Position numbers and translations under genes: made by a program. Of a DNA stretch of 64,000 nucleotides, positions 28,174 to 37,140 are shown piece after piece. The notes beneath the pieces were generated by a model that saw only the letters and a list, made by a program, of their open reading frames with translations, made no database searches and was not told the origin of the DNA. Location of the stretch: contig CBDCSU010000006.1 in NCBI GenBank assembly GCA_965221775.1, positions 64,001-128,000 on the forward strand. Direction: 5' to 3'. Every line of letters begins with the position of its first letter. The stretch's first letter is position 1. Origin of the DNA: Candidatus Latescibacterota bacterium (GTDB lineage Bacteria > Latescibacterota > UBA2968 > UBA8231).

Positions 28174-28187
28174 GCTCCTCCCCTCCT

Positions 28188-28925
28188 TCAGGAATCGAGA
28201 TCCTTCAACTGGGCCCGGCGCCAGTAGACCTTCAGCTTGGACTGCACCCATTCGACGGGCGTCAGGGTCAGCGCGTTGTACCCGCCCCAGGTCCACCGCA
28301 GCGGCCACGAGCGGCGCCGGATGAGCCGGCGGACCAGGCTCTGCCGCTGCGGTGTGACCAGGGAGAGGCGGTTGCTCAGCCGCGCGAGGGCGTGCTCGTA
28401 GGCGCCGGTGACGAGGTTGCGGGCGTGGCGGACGAGCTTCTCCGGCTGCGTCACCGTCACCCGCGGGCAGACCATGCCGCTCTCGCGGCGGACGAAGCGG
28501 CGGACCCACTCCTCCGGCACCTCGCCCTCGTGGCGCCGGGCCGCCTCGCGGATGGTCTCGGGGTTCATCACCGCATAGGTCCGGCAGATCAGCGGCCTCG
28601 CGGCGTAGATCGTGCAGCCGCGGTCAGGGCCCAGGAAGGGGCAGCGCCGGGGCCGCTCCTCGGTGAAGCTCAGCAGCTCGCGCTGCCGCTCCTCCGGGAA
28701 GTTCGAGCGGACGTGATCGACGATGTGGGCGTACTCGGCCCGGTAGAGGGGAAACATCGTCGCGTAGCCCTCCACCATCTCCTCCTCCGTGAGCTCGCAG
28801 CACTCCCCCGAGTTGGCGCAGCAGGTGGAGGGCACCTGCTCGTAGAGCGCCTCGAGCTCGCGCGCGAGGGTGTCGAGCTGATCGCGGGACAGATCCATGG
28901 CCGGCGGAGGAAGCGATTGGCTCAT
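28188..28925 (-). CDS. YkgJ/CxxCxxCC-family cysteine-cluster protein
   Basis: CCANSGECC and CPFL....CTIYAARPLICRTY. Confidence 0.8.
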   Translation of the reverse strand: MSQSLPPPAMDLSRDQLDTLARELEALYEQVPSTCCANSGECCELTEEEMVEGYATMFPLYRAEYAHIVDHVRSNFPEERQRELLSFTEERPRRCPFLGPDRGCTIYAARPLICRTYAVMNPETIREAARRHEGEVPEEWVRRFVRRESGMVCPRVTVTQPEKLVRHARNLVTGAYEHALARLSNRLSLVTPQRQSLVRRLIRRRSWPLRWTWGGYNALTLTPVEWVQSKLKVYWRRAQLKDLDS

Positions 28926-28982
28926 CGGTCGATGAAGATGTCTCAAGGGCAGAGCCGGGGCAAACCCGGGCGCCGGTCTCGA

Positions 28983-30329
28983 TCAGCGCCGGCCGATCCC
29001 CAGACTCTCGAGCACCTGCCAGGCCCCGGCGCGGACGATCCCCTCGCTCTCGGGGGCGATCATGCGCACGCTCGGATAGACCTTGCAGGCCTGGTCGATC
29101 TCGTAGCCGCCGCGCTCGTACTCGTCGGCGGTGGGTACGTACCCGACGCAGCCGTTGGCGTATCCGCACAGCACCAGCGGCGCGGCGCACTCGCGTTCCA
29201 GGTCGATCTGGTAGCGGACGAAGATCTCGCCCTCCATCCCGAGCAGGGCGAGGGGGCCGATCCGCAGGCCGTGGATCTCGAAGGCCTGGCTCCCCGGGGG
29301 ACCGCCCCGGGCGGCCTCGGCGAGCCACTGCCGGGCCCAGTCCCGGTACGCCTCCGGGACCCGTCGGTCCCACGGGTCCGGACCAGCGCGGGTCACCGCC
29401 TCCTCCAGCTCGTCCATGGAGCGCCGGACCTCCTCCTCCATGGCCGCGGTCGGGGCGGTCAGGGGCAGGTCGAGACGGGCCTGGCTCCAGGCGATGCCGT
29501 CCCCTTCGAGTTCCGGGGCCCCGAGGGACGCGGCGGCGACGGCGGCGCCCAGCTCGGCGCCCAGGGACTCGACCGCGTCGAAGGAGCCATGGCCCCCGCG
29601 GGGATTGATGTCGGCGGCGGCGCCGTTGACGAAGACCGCCAGGGCGCCGGTGCGCTCCTCCACCGTGCGGCAGGCGGCCCCCGGGAAGTCGGCGCTGATC
29701 TCGTGGTTGGAGCCGGGGAGGACGACGGGATGACAGGCGTGCTGGAACAGGACGGCCCTGCGGGGGGCGCCGGAGCGCGCCTCGATTACCAGGACGTGCG
29801 CGTGGGAGGCCACCGGCCCGAGGGGATCCTCGCCGATGACGACCTCGCCCCTCCGGGCCTGCCGCCGGTTGATGCCGATGCGGACCGACGGACGGGCGTA
29901 TCGCAGGCGCGCCGGCCGAAGGCCCTCCGCGGCCCTCCCGGCGCAGCGCCCCACGCGCTCGCAGACCGCTTCCAGGTAGCCGGTGTCCACCTCCCCCATG
30001 CCGCGGAAGGGAATGGTCAGGGGGCCGGCGTGGGTGTGGCTGCAGCAGACGGTCACCGCTTCGGGGCGGATGGAAAGGGCGGAGCCCACCGCCGACACCA
30101 CCCGGGCCCGGATGCGTTCCGTCAGGCCGGGCGTGACGCCCACGAGGTCGAGGGCGACCAGGGCGGCGCCTCGGGCCCCTCGGCGGCCCGAACGCCAGAG
30201 GATCACCGAGGCGGCCAGCGGATCGTGGATCCCGGTGGCGCCCGAACGGCGTCCCCAGTAGCCGCCCATGTGGATCCCGGCCGGGGGCGTGATCTCCTCC
30301 CGCGCCCAGCCGGCGCACAGTCCCGTCAT
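28983..30329 (-). CDS. Neutral/alkaline ceramidase-like metal-dependent hydrolase
   Basis: EITPP...MGGY, IHDPL, SHTHAGP, HACHP, ISADFPG and GYANGCVGYVPT...GGYE. Confidence 0.8.
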   Translation of the reverse strand: MTGLCAGWAREEITPPAGIHMGGYWGRRSGATGIHDPLAASVILWRSGRRGARGAALVALDLVGVTPGLTERIRARVVSAVGSALSIRPEAVTVCCSHTHAGPLTIPFRGMGEVDTGYLEAVCERVGRCAGRAAEGLRPARLRYARPSVRIGINRRQARRGEVVIGEDPLGPVASHAHVLVIEARSGAPRRAVLFQHACHPVVLPGSNHEISADFPGAACRTVEERTGALAVFVNGAAADINPRGGHGSFDAVESLGAELGAAVAAASLGAPELEGDGIAWSQARLDLPLTAPTAAMEEEVRRSMDELEEAVTRAGPDPWDRRVPEAYRDWARQWLAEAARGGPPGSQAFEIHGLRIGPLALLGMEGEIFVRYQIDLERECAAPLVLCGYANGCVGYVPTADEYERGGYEIDQACKVYPSVRMIAPESEGIVRAGAWQVLESLGIGRR

Positions 30330-30835
30330 CGCGCGCGCTCCCAGCCGGAGGGCAGCAGGATCAGGTCGACGCTGTCCGCCGCGGCGTCGAAGAGGGCCCG
30401 CAGATCCTCGCTCCGCAGCCGGATCGATGGAGGACGCGCGGGACTCCAGACCTGCGCGGCGTACAGCAGCAGGCCTTCGGAGAACAGCAACGCGGCCTCG
30501 GCCGTGGCCTCCGAGACCAGGTAGTGCTCCCAGTCGAAGGGGCCGGACTCGATGGCGGTGAAGGGATCGGCCCTGCGGTGGCGGCGCAGCCTGGCCGTCA
30601 GCCGCTGCCGCAGTGGAGCGCCGGCGCCAAGGGAGTCGGAGACGACCGGACACTGGCGCAGTACCGCGGCCCCGTGCTGGACCCGCAGCTGCCCCGCCGA
30701 CCGGTCCAGGAGGAGGTAGACCCGATCCGCCTCCATCAGCTGCAGCCACTCCCTCAGGGCCTCGTTGATGCGGCCGAGATCCTCGGAGGCCTGGACGCGC
30801 CCGGTGGAACTCCAACCGACGAGCGCCACCGCCAC
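30326..30835 (-). CDS. L,D-transpeptidase-like protein lacking the catalytic His/Cys (start uncertain)
   Basis: YLLLD....LRV......LRQCPV and IRLRSEDLRALFD align with the adjacent YkuD protein, but HGT and HGC are absent. Confidence 0.55.
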   Translation of the reverse strand: MAVALVGWSSTGRVQASEDLGRINEALREWLQLMEADRVYLLLDRSAGQLRVQHGAAVLRQCPVVSDSLGAGAPLRQRLTARLRRHRRADPFTAIESGPFDWEHYLVSEATAEAALLFSEGLLLYAAQVWSPARPPSIRLRSEDLRALFDAAADSVDLILLPSGWERAR

Positions 30836-30896
30836 GATGGCATGGAGGGACCGAAGCCGGGTCCCGCAGCGGAGGAGCGCTCCCCCGGGCGCGGAC

Positions 30897-31484
30897 TCAG
30901 AATACGTAGACCGGCCAGCCGGTCCGCACGCGCTCGAAGAGATGGCTCAGGTCCTCGTCGCCGACGCGGACGCATCCGTGGGTGATGCTCTTCCCCAGGT
31001 TCGTCTCGTACAGCGTCCCGTGGATCATGTAGTCGGGCAGGAAGTAGAGAGCGTAGCGGCCGAGAACGCCGCGCTGGAACCGGCGGAAGTCCTCCGGGAG
31101 GACCGGTATCTCCTCTCCCGACTCCAGGAAGTGCCACGGCGGTTTCGTCCACAGCGGGTCCTCCACCTTGCGCTGGATCTCGAATCGGCCCTTGGGCGTG
31201 GCGAAGACCCACTTCTGCCAGGGCTTGCGTCCCTCGAAGCGCCGGGCCGCGCCGGTGGAGCAGACCGCCCTGTGCTTCACCTGATGGACGGAGTCCCGCA
31301 GCACCAGGAGGTTGGCGCGCGTGTCGATCACCACGTAGGGCGTGGGCATGGGGCGGTGGGAAGCCACGCGGGCGAGGAGTTCCCGGTGCTCGCGGGCCGG
31401 ATCGGAGGGGGAATCCACCGCCGAGCCGCCGGGGGGTCCTCCCGCCTCGCCCTCGGACCGGGCGGCCCCCGGGGGTGCGGACAC
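30897..31484 (-). CDS. L,D-transpeptidase (YkuD/ErfK family); true start may lie upstream
   Basis: YVVIDT, TPKG, DPLWTKP, YMIHGT and THGCVRV catalytic motif. Confidence 0.9.
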   Translation of the reverse strand: MSAPPGAARSEGEAGGPPGGSAVDSPSDPAREHRELLARVASHRPMPTPYVVIDTRANLLVLRDSVHQVKHRAVCSTGAARRFEGRKPWQKWVFATPKGRFEIQRKVEDPLWTKPPWHFLESGEEIPVLPEDFRRFQRGVLGRYALYFLPDYMIHGTLYETNLGKSITHGCVRVGDEDLSHLFERVRTGWPVYVF

Positions 31485-31510
31485 GAGCAGGATCAGCGCG
31501 ACAGACGCAC

Positions 31511-31553
31511 AAAAAACAAGGACGGCCGGAGAGGATCGCCCTCTCCGGCCGTC
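31511..31553 (-). terminator. Intrinsic terminator after the lipoprotein gene
   Basis: Perfect 14-bp stem GACGGCCGGAGAGG/CCTCTCCGGCCGTC with a 5-nt loop, followed on the minus strand by CTTGTTTTTT. Confidence 0.8.
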
Positions 31554-31603
31554 GAGATGGAAAGCGCGGGATCCGCCGCGGACCCCGGTGTGGCCAGGCT
31601 GGA

Positions 31604-32254
31604 TTACCCGCCCATTCCGCGCTCGTACCAGGGGGTTCTCTCCTCGACCAGTTGGTGATAGCGGGCCACGGCCGCATCGATGCCCTCGCTGACGGCCGAG
31701 GCCGCGGTCTTGGCGGAGCCGGCCTTGGATGTGGCCATGTCGAAGTCTTCGGCGGAAGCCGCGGCTCTTGCCGCGCTCAAGTCGGCGTCGGCAGCGTCGA
31801 GGTCGGCGCGCAACTGCTCGATATCGACCTCGGTGCCCTTGCCGGCCGGGGCGGCTTCGAGGCTGGCGCGGACCCCCTGGATGACCATGGAGGCGTCGGC
31901 GATGGCGGCCTCGGCGGCGGCCATGGCGGCGGCCTTGGCGGCCTCGGCCGACGAACGGGCCATGTCGGCCTTGGACTTGGCGTCGGCGATCTGCGGCACC
32001 ACCGATTCCCAGTCCTTGAAGAGCATCTTCTCGGCCTCGGCGTCGAAGGCGGTCTTGGCGTCGTCGAAGGCCTTCTGAGCCGCGGAGAGATCGCTGCCGG
32101 CGTACTTCTCGGCCTCGGCCGCTTCGGCCGCGGCGAGGGCCGCCTGGGCGGCGTCGAGATCGGCCTGGGGGGGCTCACCTCCGCAGCCGACGAGAGCGGC
32201 GATGGCGAACAGGCCTGCAACCCGCAGGGTGAGGTATCTTGCTGCCCGCATCAT
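31604..32254 (-). CDS. Ala-rich coiled-coil lipoprotein (DUF4398-like)
   Basis: Lipobox LVGC, then PPQADLDAAQAAL..AE.AEAEKYA and APAGKG. Confidence 0.75.
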   Translation of the reverse strand: MMRAARYLTLRVAGLFAIAALVGCGGEPPQADLDAAQAALAAAEAAEAEKYAGSDLSAAQKAFDDAKTAFDAEAEKMLFKDWESVVPQIADAKSKADMARSSAEAAKAAAMAAAEAAIADASMVIQGVRASLEAAPAGKGTEVDIEQLRADLDAADADLSAARAAASAEDFDMATSKAGSAKTAASAVSEGIDAAVARYHQLVEERTPWYERGMGG

Positions 32255-32309
32255 GACATCCTCCAGACCATTTTCGTTGATGGCGTGATGGCCGTAACTG
32301 ACGGCGGGG

Positions 32310-32339
32310 AAGCTACATATCGGTTCTCGGGATTGTCAA
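32310..32339 (-). promoter_or_regulatory. Sigma70-type promoter for the lipoprotein gene
   Basis: Minus strand TTGACA-N18-TAGCTT. Confidence 0.5.
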
Positions 32340-32361
32340 GCGAAAAGCCCGGAGGCGCGCC

Positions 32362-32649
32362 CTAGCCGTCGGCCCGCGCCGGCGCCATCCGTTCCGGGGC
32401 TACCCGCACCTCCCCCCGGGGTGGACCGCCGGGACCGTCCCCCGGCTCCAGACGGACCGAATCCCCCTCCTTCCGCCTCTCCGCCAGCTCCCTGCGGGCG
32501 GCTTCCATGCGGTGTCGAAGCTGCTCGCCAGCGCTGCGGGCGGTCTCCAGCCGCGGCTCCAGGGCCCTGCGGTAGCGCAGGTAGTCGACCACGACCTGGG
32601 CGGCGATGAACAGACATCCCACGGCGAGCAGGGCCGTTACCCATTCCAT
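32362..32649 (-). CDS. Small single-TM coiled-coil hypothetical protein
   Basis: N-terminal hydrophobic helix, then a charged helix. Confidence 0.55.
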   Translation of the reverse strand: MEWVTALLAVGCLFIAAQVVVDYLRYRRALEPRLETARSAGEQLRHRMEAARRELAERRKEGDSVRLEPGDGPGGPPRGEVRVAPERMAPARADG

Positions 32650-32653
32650 CGGC

Positions 32654-32863
32654 TTACCGATCCTCCCACGCGTCGATCACCTCCGGCTCGCCGCCGTCCT
32701 CGTCGTCGTCCTCGTCGTCGTCGAAGATCCAGCCGCAGGAGGGGCACAGAGGGCCCTCCTCCCTGGGTGAGCCGCACTCCGGGCAGCGCGCCTTCCGTGG
32801 AACCAGGTAGTAGGCGATGACCACCAGGATGAGAAGCGCGGCGAAAGCGGCGGAGACCAGCAA
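32654..32863 (-). CDS. Small membrane-anchored zinc-ribbon protein with an acidic tail
   Basis: TM segment, CPECG...CPSCG, then DDDEDDDED. Confidence 0.65.
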   Translation of the reverse strand: MLVSAAFAALLILVVIAYYLVPRKARCPECGSPREEGPLCPSCGWIFDDDEDDDEDGGEPEVIDAWEDR

Positions 32864-33077
32864 GGGCTCGGAATCAACGGCGCGAGATCGGCCGTCCGCG
32901 GGGCAGCGGTGACGGCGGCGTCACAGGCCGGCCGGACGGAGGATCCATGGCTCGGTGTTGGGCGGCCCCCCGCACCCCCCGGTCGGAGGGGAACAGGGTA
33001 CGGCCACACCTCGTCTTGGCTCACGGTGGGACGCGTATGCTGGAAACGGACGGGAAGAACAGGGCGGGGACGGGCCA

Positions 33078-33107
33078 ATTATACCCCCGCCCCCGCGGAA
33101 GCGTCAA
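33078..33107 (-). promoter_or_regulatory. Near-consensus sigma70 promoter
   Basis: Minus strand TTGACG-N18-TATAAT, conspicuous in a very GC-rich background. Confidence 0.7.
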
Positions 33108-33135
33108 GCGCGAAAAACCGCCGCCCCGGGGAGGC

Positions 33136-33987
33136 TCAGGAGTCCCGGCGCCGGCTGGCCCTGCGGATCTCGCGGCGCCGGCGCCAGCGGCCGGGCTTGA
33201 GCCGCTGGCGCCGGCCCAGGGGGACCAGGATCGCTCCCTCCCGCGCCAGCTCCTCGAGGACGCCGTTGAGGCGGTCGGGATGGTTCGTGGCGATCCCCTG
33301 CACCCCCATCTGGACCACGTCCCGCAGGACGACGTCCTCGTCCACGGTCCAGGTCCAGACCGTCAGTCCGCGCTTGCGCACCTCTTCGTAGAAGGCCGGC
33401 GTCAGGGTCGCGTGCCAGATGTTGAGGATGTTGGCGCCCAGTGACAGTACCTCGCGGACCATGCGCCGGGCCCGCATCCGTGAAGGGGAGGTGGGCAGTT
33501 TCCCCACCAGCAGGGCCGTCGGTGCGGCCGGGTCGATCGCCTTCACCCGCCGCAGGGTCTCGGAGGAGAAGGACTGAATGACGACCTGGTCGGCCACGAC
33601 GAGGTCGTCCACGACGCGCAGGACCGCCTCGGCCAGGTGGTCGGCCTTGATCTCGATCACCGCCAGGGCCCGGCGCCGCAGCAGGTCGAGGGACTCGGCC
33701 AGGGTGGGCACCTTCTCGCCGGCGAAGGGGCGGCCGAACCAGCCGCCGGCATCGGCTTGGCGGACCTGCTCCAGCGTCAGCTCGTGCACCGGCCCCTCGC
33801 GGTCGGTGGTGCGGTCCAGCAGCGGATCGTGGAGGACGACGAGGGCGCCGTCGCGAGTGGAGCGCACGTCGAGCTCCACCGCGTCGACGCCGATCTCGAT
33901 GGCGCGCTCGAAGGCGGTCAGGGTGTTCTCCGGCGCCAGACCGGCTCCGGAGGCCCCGCGGTGGGCGATGCGCACCGGGTGGATCAC
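33136..33987 (-). CDS. Glycerophosphodiester phosphodiesterase
   Basis: IAHRGASG..APENTL, ELDV, HD..LDRTT, IEIK, WTVD and TNHPD. Confidence 0.92.
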   Translation of the reverse strand: MIHPVRIAHRGASGAGLAPENTLTAFERAIEIGVDAVELDVRSTRDGALVVLHDPLLDRTTDREGPVHELTLEQVRQADAGGWFGRPFAGEKVPTLAESLDLLRRRALAVIEIKADHLAEAVLRVVDDLVVADQVVIQSFSSETLRRVKAIDPAAPTALLVGKLPTSPSRMRARRMVREVLSLGANILNIWHATLTPAFYEEVRKRGLTVWTWTVDEDVVLRDVVQMGVQGIATNHPDRLNGVLEELAREGAILVPLGRRQRLKPGRWRRRREIRRASRRRDS

Positions 33988-34009
33988 CCGACCTCGATGG
34001 CGGCGGCGC

Positions 34010-35224
34010 TCAGGCGCCGAACTTGGCCAGGCGCCCGGCGTGGGCCAGGGCGAGGGCCATCAGCTCCGTGGTGGCGATGCGGCCGAGGCTGCCGCCGGCG
34101 CAGCCGCGCTCGGTCATGCTCGTCCCGGCGACGGGGAAGCCGGCCTCGCCGAGGATCAGCACCGGCACGGGGTGCCAACTGTGGCCGCCCATCCGCGACG
34201 GCGTCGAGTGGTCGCCGGTGACCACGAGGACCTCGGGCTTCAGGTCGAGGAGGCGGGGCAGGTGTCCGTCGATCTCCTCCAGGAGGGACACCTTGCGCTC
34301 GAAGTCGCCGTCCTCCCCGGCACTGTCCGTCGGCTTGAAGTGGACGTACCAGAAGTCCTCGGGGCCCGCCTGCCAGCGCGCCGCCAGCAGGTCGAGCTGG
34401 GCGTCGATGCGGGCGTCGCAGGCGGGGGTGTCCATGCCGACGGCGCGGGCGATGCCCCGGTACATGGGATACCCTGCGATGCCCACCGGATCGAGGCCGT
34501 AGACCTCCTGCATGGAGGGCAGCTCGGGGTAGCGGCCGAAGCCGCGGATGAGCACCATGTTGGCCGGGCTCTCACCGGCCAGGAGCTCCCCGGCCCGGGC
34601 GACGAAGGACTCCGCCACCGCCGCCATGCGCCGGCCATCGGCGGATTCCGCCCGCAGCGGCAGCGGGGGTTTGCCGGTCACCTGGGGGTCCGAGTCGCCG
34701 ACCCCGTCCGACAGCCCCTCGCCGCGAAAGCGGACCGCGGCCCGATACTCCATCTCCGGAGCCACGGTCACCTCGACGCCGGGGATGTCGACATCGGCGA
34801 GCAGACCGCACAGCCGCCGGCAGGTCTCGGTCGGGATCCGCCCCGCCCGCCGGTCGCTGACCCGGCCGTCGCCGTCGACGGTGCAGAAGTTCAGCCGCGC
34901 CGCCACGTCTCCCGGCCTGAAGTCCAGACCGAGGCCGAGGCAGGAGAGGGCCCCGCGTCCGATCCTCCGAAGCCACGGGTCGTAGCCGAAGAGGGCCAGG
35001 TGCGCCGGGCCGCTGCCCGGGGTGAACCCGGGCCCGAGGGGGGAGTGGAGGCCGCAACTGGAGCGGCCGCACAGGCCGTCGAGGTTGGGCAGCGAGGCGG
35101 CCTCCAGCTCGCTGATTCCCGTCTCGGAGTGGGGCAGTCCTCCGAGACCGTCGATGACGAGGAGGAGGATGCGCGCCCCGGAACCGGTGACGAAGAGTTC
35201 CCGGGTGAGATCGGAGCTGATCAC
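34010..35224 (-). CDS. apgM: 2,3-BPG-independent phosphoglycerate mutase (ApgM type)
   Basis: IDGLGG, PGSGPAHLALFGY, GRGAL, DRRAGRI, TGDHSTP and HSWHPVP; GTG at 35224 overlaps the recJ stop. Confidence 0.9.
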   Translation of the reverse strand: MISSDLTRELFVTGSGARILLLVIDGLGGLPHSETGISELEAASLPNLDGLCGRSSCGLHSPLGPGFTPGSGPAHLALFGYDPWLRRIGRGALSCLGLGLDFRPGDVAARLNFCTVDGDGRVSDRRAGRIPTETCRRLCGLLADVDIPGVEVTVAPEMEYRAAVRFRGEGLSDGVGDSDPQVTGKPPLPLRAESADGRRMAAVAESFVARAGELLAGESPANMVLIRGFGRYPELPSMQEVYGLDPVGIAGYPMYRGIARAVGMDTPACDARIDAQLDLLAARWQAGPEDFWYVHFKPTDSAGEDGDFERKVSLLEEIDGHLPRLLDLKPEVLVVTGDHSTPSRMGGHSWHPVPVLILGEAGFPVAGTSMTERGCAGGSLGRIATTELMALALAHAGRLAKFGA

Positions 35225-36957
35225 GGGATCCCGGCATCGAGCATGGCAGAGGGAACGCTCTCTCCCGGCGCCGGGGCAGGCTCGCATCCGGGTGAGAAGT
35301 CCATGTCGCGGATCACCATCTGCACCGTGCCCATGCCGTTGAAGGTGTCCTCCGACAGCTCGTAGGCCACGTCCAGGCGCTGGCCGGGTTCCAGGTCGCG
35401 GGCCAGGCTCCCCTGGTGCCACCACACCCCCGGACGCACACCTCCGGCCTGGAAGGCCACCTTGAGGTGTTCTCCCTCCTTGCCGACCCGGGTCCGGCTG
35501 GCCAGCTCGAGACCGCGGGTCAGGAACAGGGGCATGCGGTTCTCCTGGCCGAAGGGCTCGAGCCGGCGCTGCACCTCGACCGTGCGCATGTCGATGTCCC
35601 CCGGCTGCAGCTCCAGATCGATGTCGAGGTGGGCCTCGAGGTGTTCCGGCGTCAGCTCGGTGCCGGCGTGGTCGATGAGGCTCGCCCGGAACTCCTCGAA
35701 GGCCTCGGCGGGCAGGGAGAACCCGGCGGCGCCGGCGTGGCCGCCGTACCTGGTGAGGAACCGGGAGCAGTGGCGGAGGCCGTCGTTCATGTCGTACCCC
35801 GGTATGCTGCGCGCCGATCCGACGTAGGTCCCGTCGCGCTGCACGTCGGTGAGGACCACGGCGGGCCTCCAGAAGGTCTCCGACAGGTCGCTGGCGATCA
35901 GCCCGATGACGCCCAGGTCCCATTCCTCGCCGAGGACGCACAACAGGCGCTCGCGCTCCAGCTGGTCCTCCGAGACCAGCGACCGGGCCTCGCGGACGCC
36001 CTCCCGCTGCAGCCGCTGGCGCCGGAGGTTCAGCTCGTTGAGCCGGCCGGCCAGGAGGCGGCCCTTCTCGTGGTCCCGCGTGCGCAGCAGATCGAGGGCC
36101 AGGTCGGGCTTCTCCAGGCGGCCGGCGACGTTCAGGCGGGGTCCCAGGTAGAAGGCCACGGCCGTGCTGTCGACCCGCCCCCGGGGGCAGCGGGCGGCGA
36201 TGCGCAGCTCCTGCAGGCCGGGCCGGGCGCTGCGCTCGACGGCCTTGAGTCCGTGGCGCACGAGGACCCGGTTCTCGTCGAGGAGGGGAACCATGTCGGC
36301 CACCGTGCCGAGGGCGACGAGGTCGAGCAGGTCGTTCAGGTAACGGCGGCGCTCCCCGGACTCGAGGAGGGACTCGCTCAATCGCTGCACGACCTTGAAG
36401 GTCACGCCCACCCCGGCCAGTCCCTTGAAGGGGTAGTCGCAGTCCAGCCGGTTGGGATTGATGATGCTGTGCGCCGGCGGCAGCTCCTCGTTCTGCCGGT
36501 GGTGGTCGATGACGACCACGTCGAGACCTTCGTCGCGGGCCAGTTCGAGGGCCTCGCCGGCGGAGATGCCGTTGTCCACCGTCACCACGAGGTCGGCGCC
36601 GAGATCGAGGGCCTTGCGTACGCCCGGCGGTCTGAGGCCGTAGCCGTCGGTGCGGCGGTCGGGGAGCAGGGCGTGGCCCCGCGCCTTCACGTGCTCGAGG
36701 AAGTCGAGGAGCAGGGCGGTGCTGCTGACCCCGTCGACGTCGTAGTCGCCGTAGACGACGATGGTCTCGTCCTGGCGCACGGCGCGCTCGATGCGTTGGG
36801 CGCCACGGTCGAGGTCGGTGAGCAGCTCGGGCCGGTGCAGACCTTCGGGGCCCGGGTCGAGCTCGTCGAGGCCCAGTCGGCGGCCCGAGAGGAGGGCGTC
36901 GAGCAGATCGCCGTATTCCCCCTCGTGGGCCAGGTGCCACACCGGGTAGGTACGCAA
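35221..36957 (-). CDS. recJ: Single-stranded DNA exonuclease RecJ
   Basis: YGDYDVDG, TVDNG, IDHH, LGTVAD, PRLNVAGR, GSARS and GGHAGAAG. Confidence 0.95.
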   Translation of the reverse strand: MRTYPVWHLAHEGEYGDLLDALLSGRRLGLDELDPGPEGLHRPELLTDLDRGAQRIERAVRQDETIVVYGDYDVDGVSSTALLLDFLEHVKARGHALLPDRRTDGYGLRPPGVRKALDLGADLVVTVDNGISAGEALELARDEGLDVVVIDHHRQNEELPPAHSIINPNRLDCDYPFKGLAGVGVTFKVVQRLSESLLESGERRRYLNDLLDLVALGTVADMVPLLDENRVLVRHGLKAVERSARPGLQELRIAARCPRGRVDSTAVAFYLGPRLNVAGRLEKPDLALDLLRTRDHEKGRLLAGRLNELNLRRQRLQREGVREARSLVSEDQLERERLLCVLGEEWDLGVIGLIASDLSETFWRPAVVLTDVQRDGTYVGSARSIPGYDMNDGLRHCSRFLTRYGGHAGAAGFSLPAEAFEEFRASLIDHAGTELTPEHLEAHLDIDLELQPGDIDMRTVEVQRRLEPFGQENRMPLFLTRGLELASRTRVGKEGEHLKVAFQAGGVRPGVWWHQGSLARDLEPGQRLDVAYELSEDTFNGMGTVQMVIRDMDFSPGCEPAPAPGESVPSAMLDAGIP

Positions 36958-37140
36958 GATGGGTTCTGACGCAGGCGGTGGAGGAGGGGCCCCGACCGTG
37001 CCGGCACGAGACCCTTCTGGGGGGGAGAGTCGCCGAATATAGCCGTGGACCCCGCAGGGTCAAGGTGTCCCCTGCGGCCCTGGGCCTTTGCCCCGATCGC
37101 ACCGGGATCTACCTTTGGCCGGGGTGACGGCCCTGTGGAG

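Noticed and set aside
34010-37102. 1030-aa ORF suggesting a large ApgM fusion
   Set aside because: The N-terminal 626 codons are an Arg/Pro-rich off-frame reading of recJ; the real start is GTG 35224.
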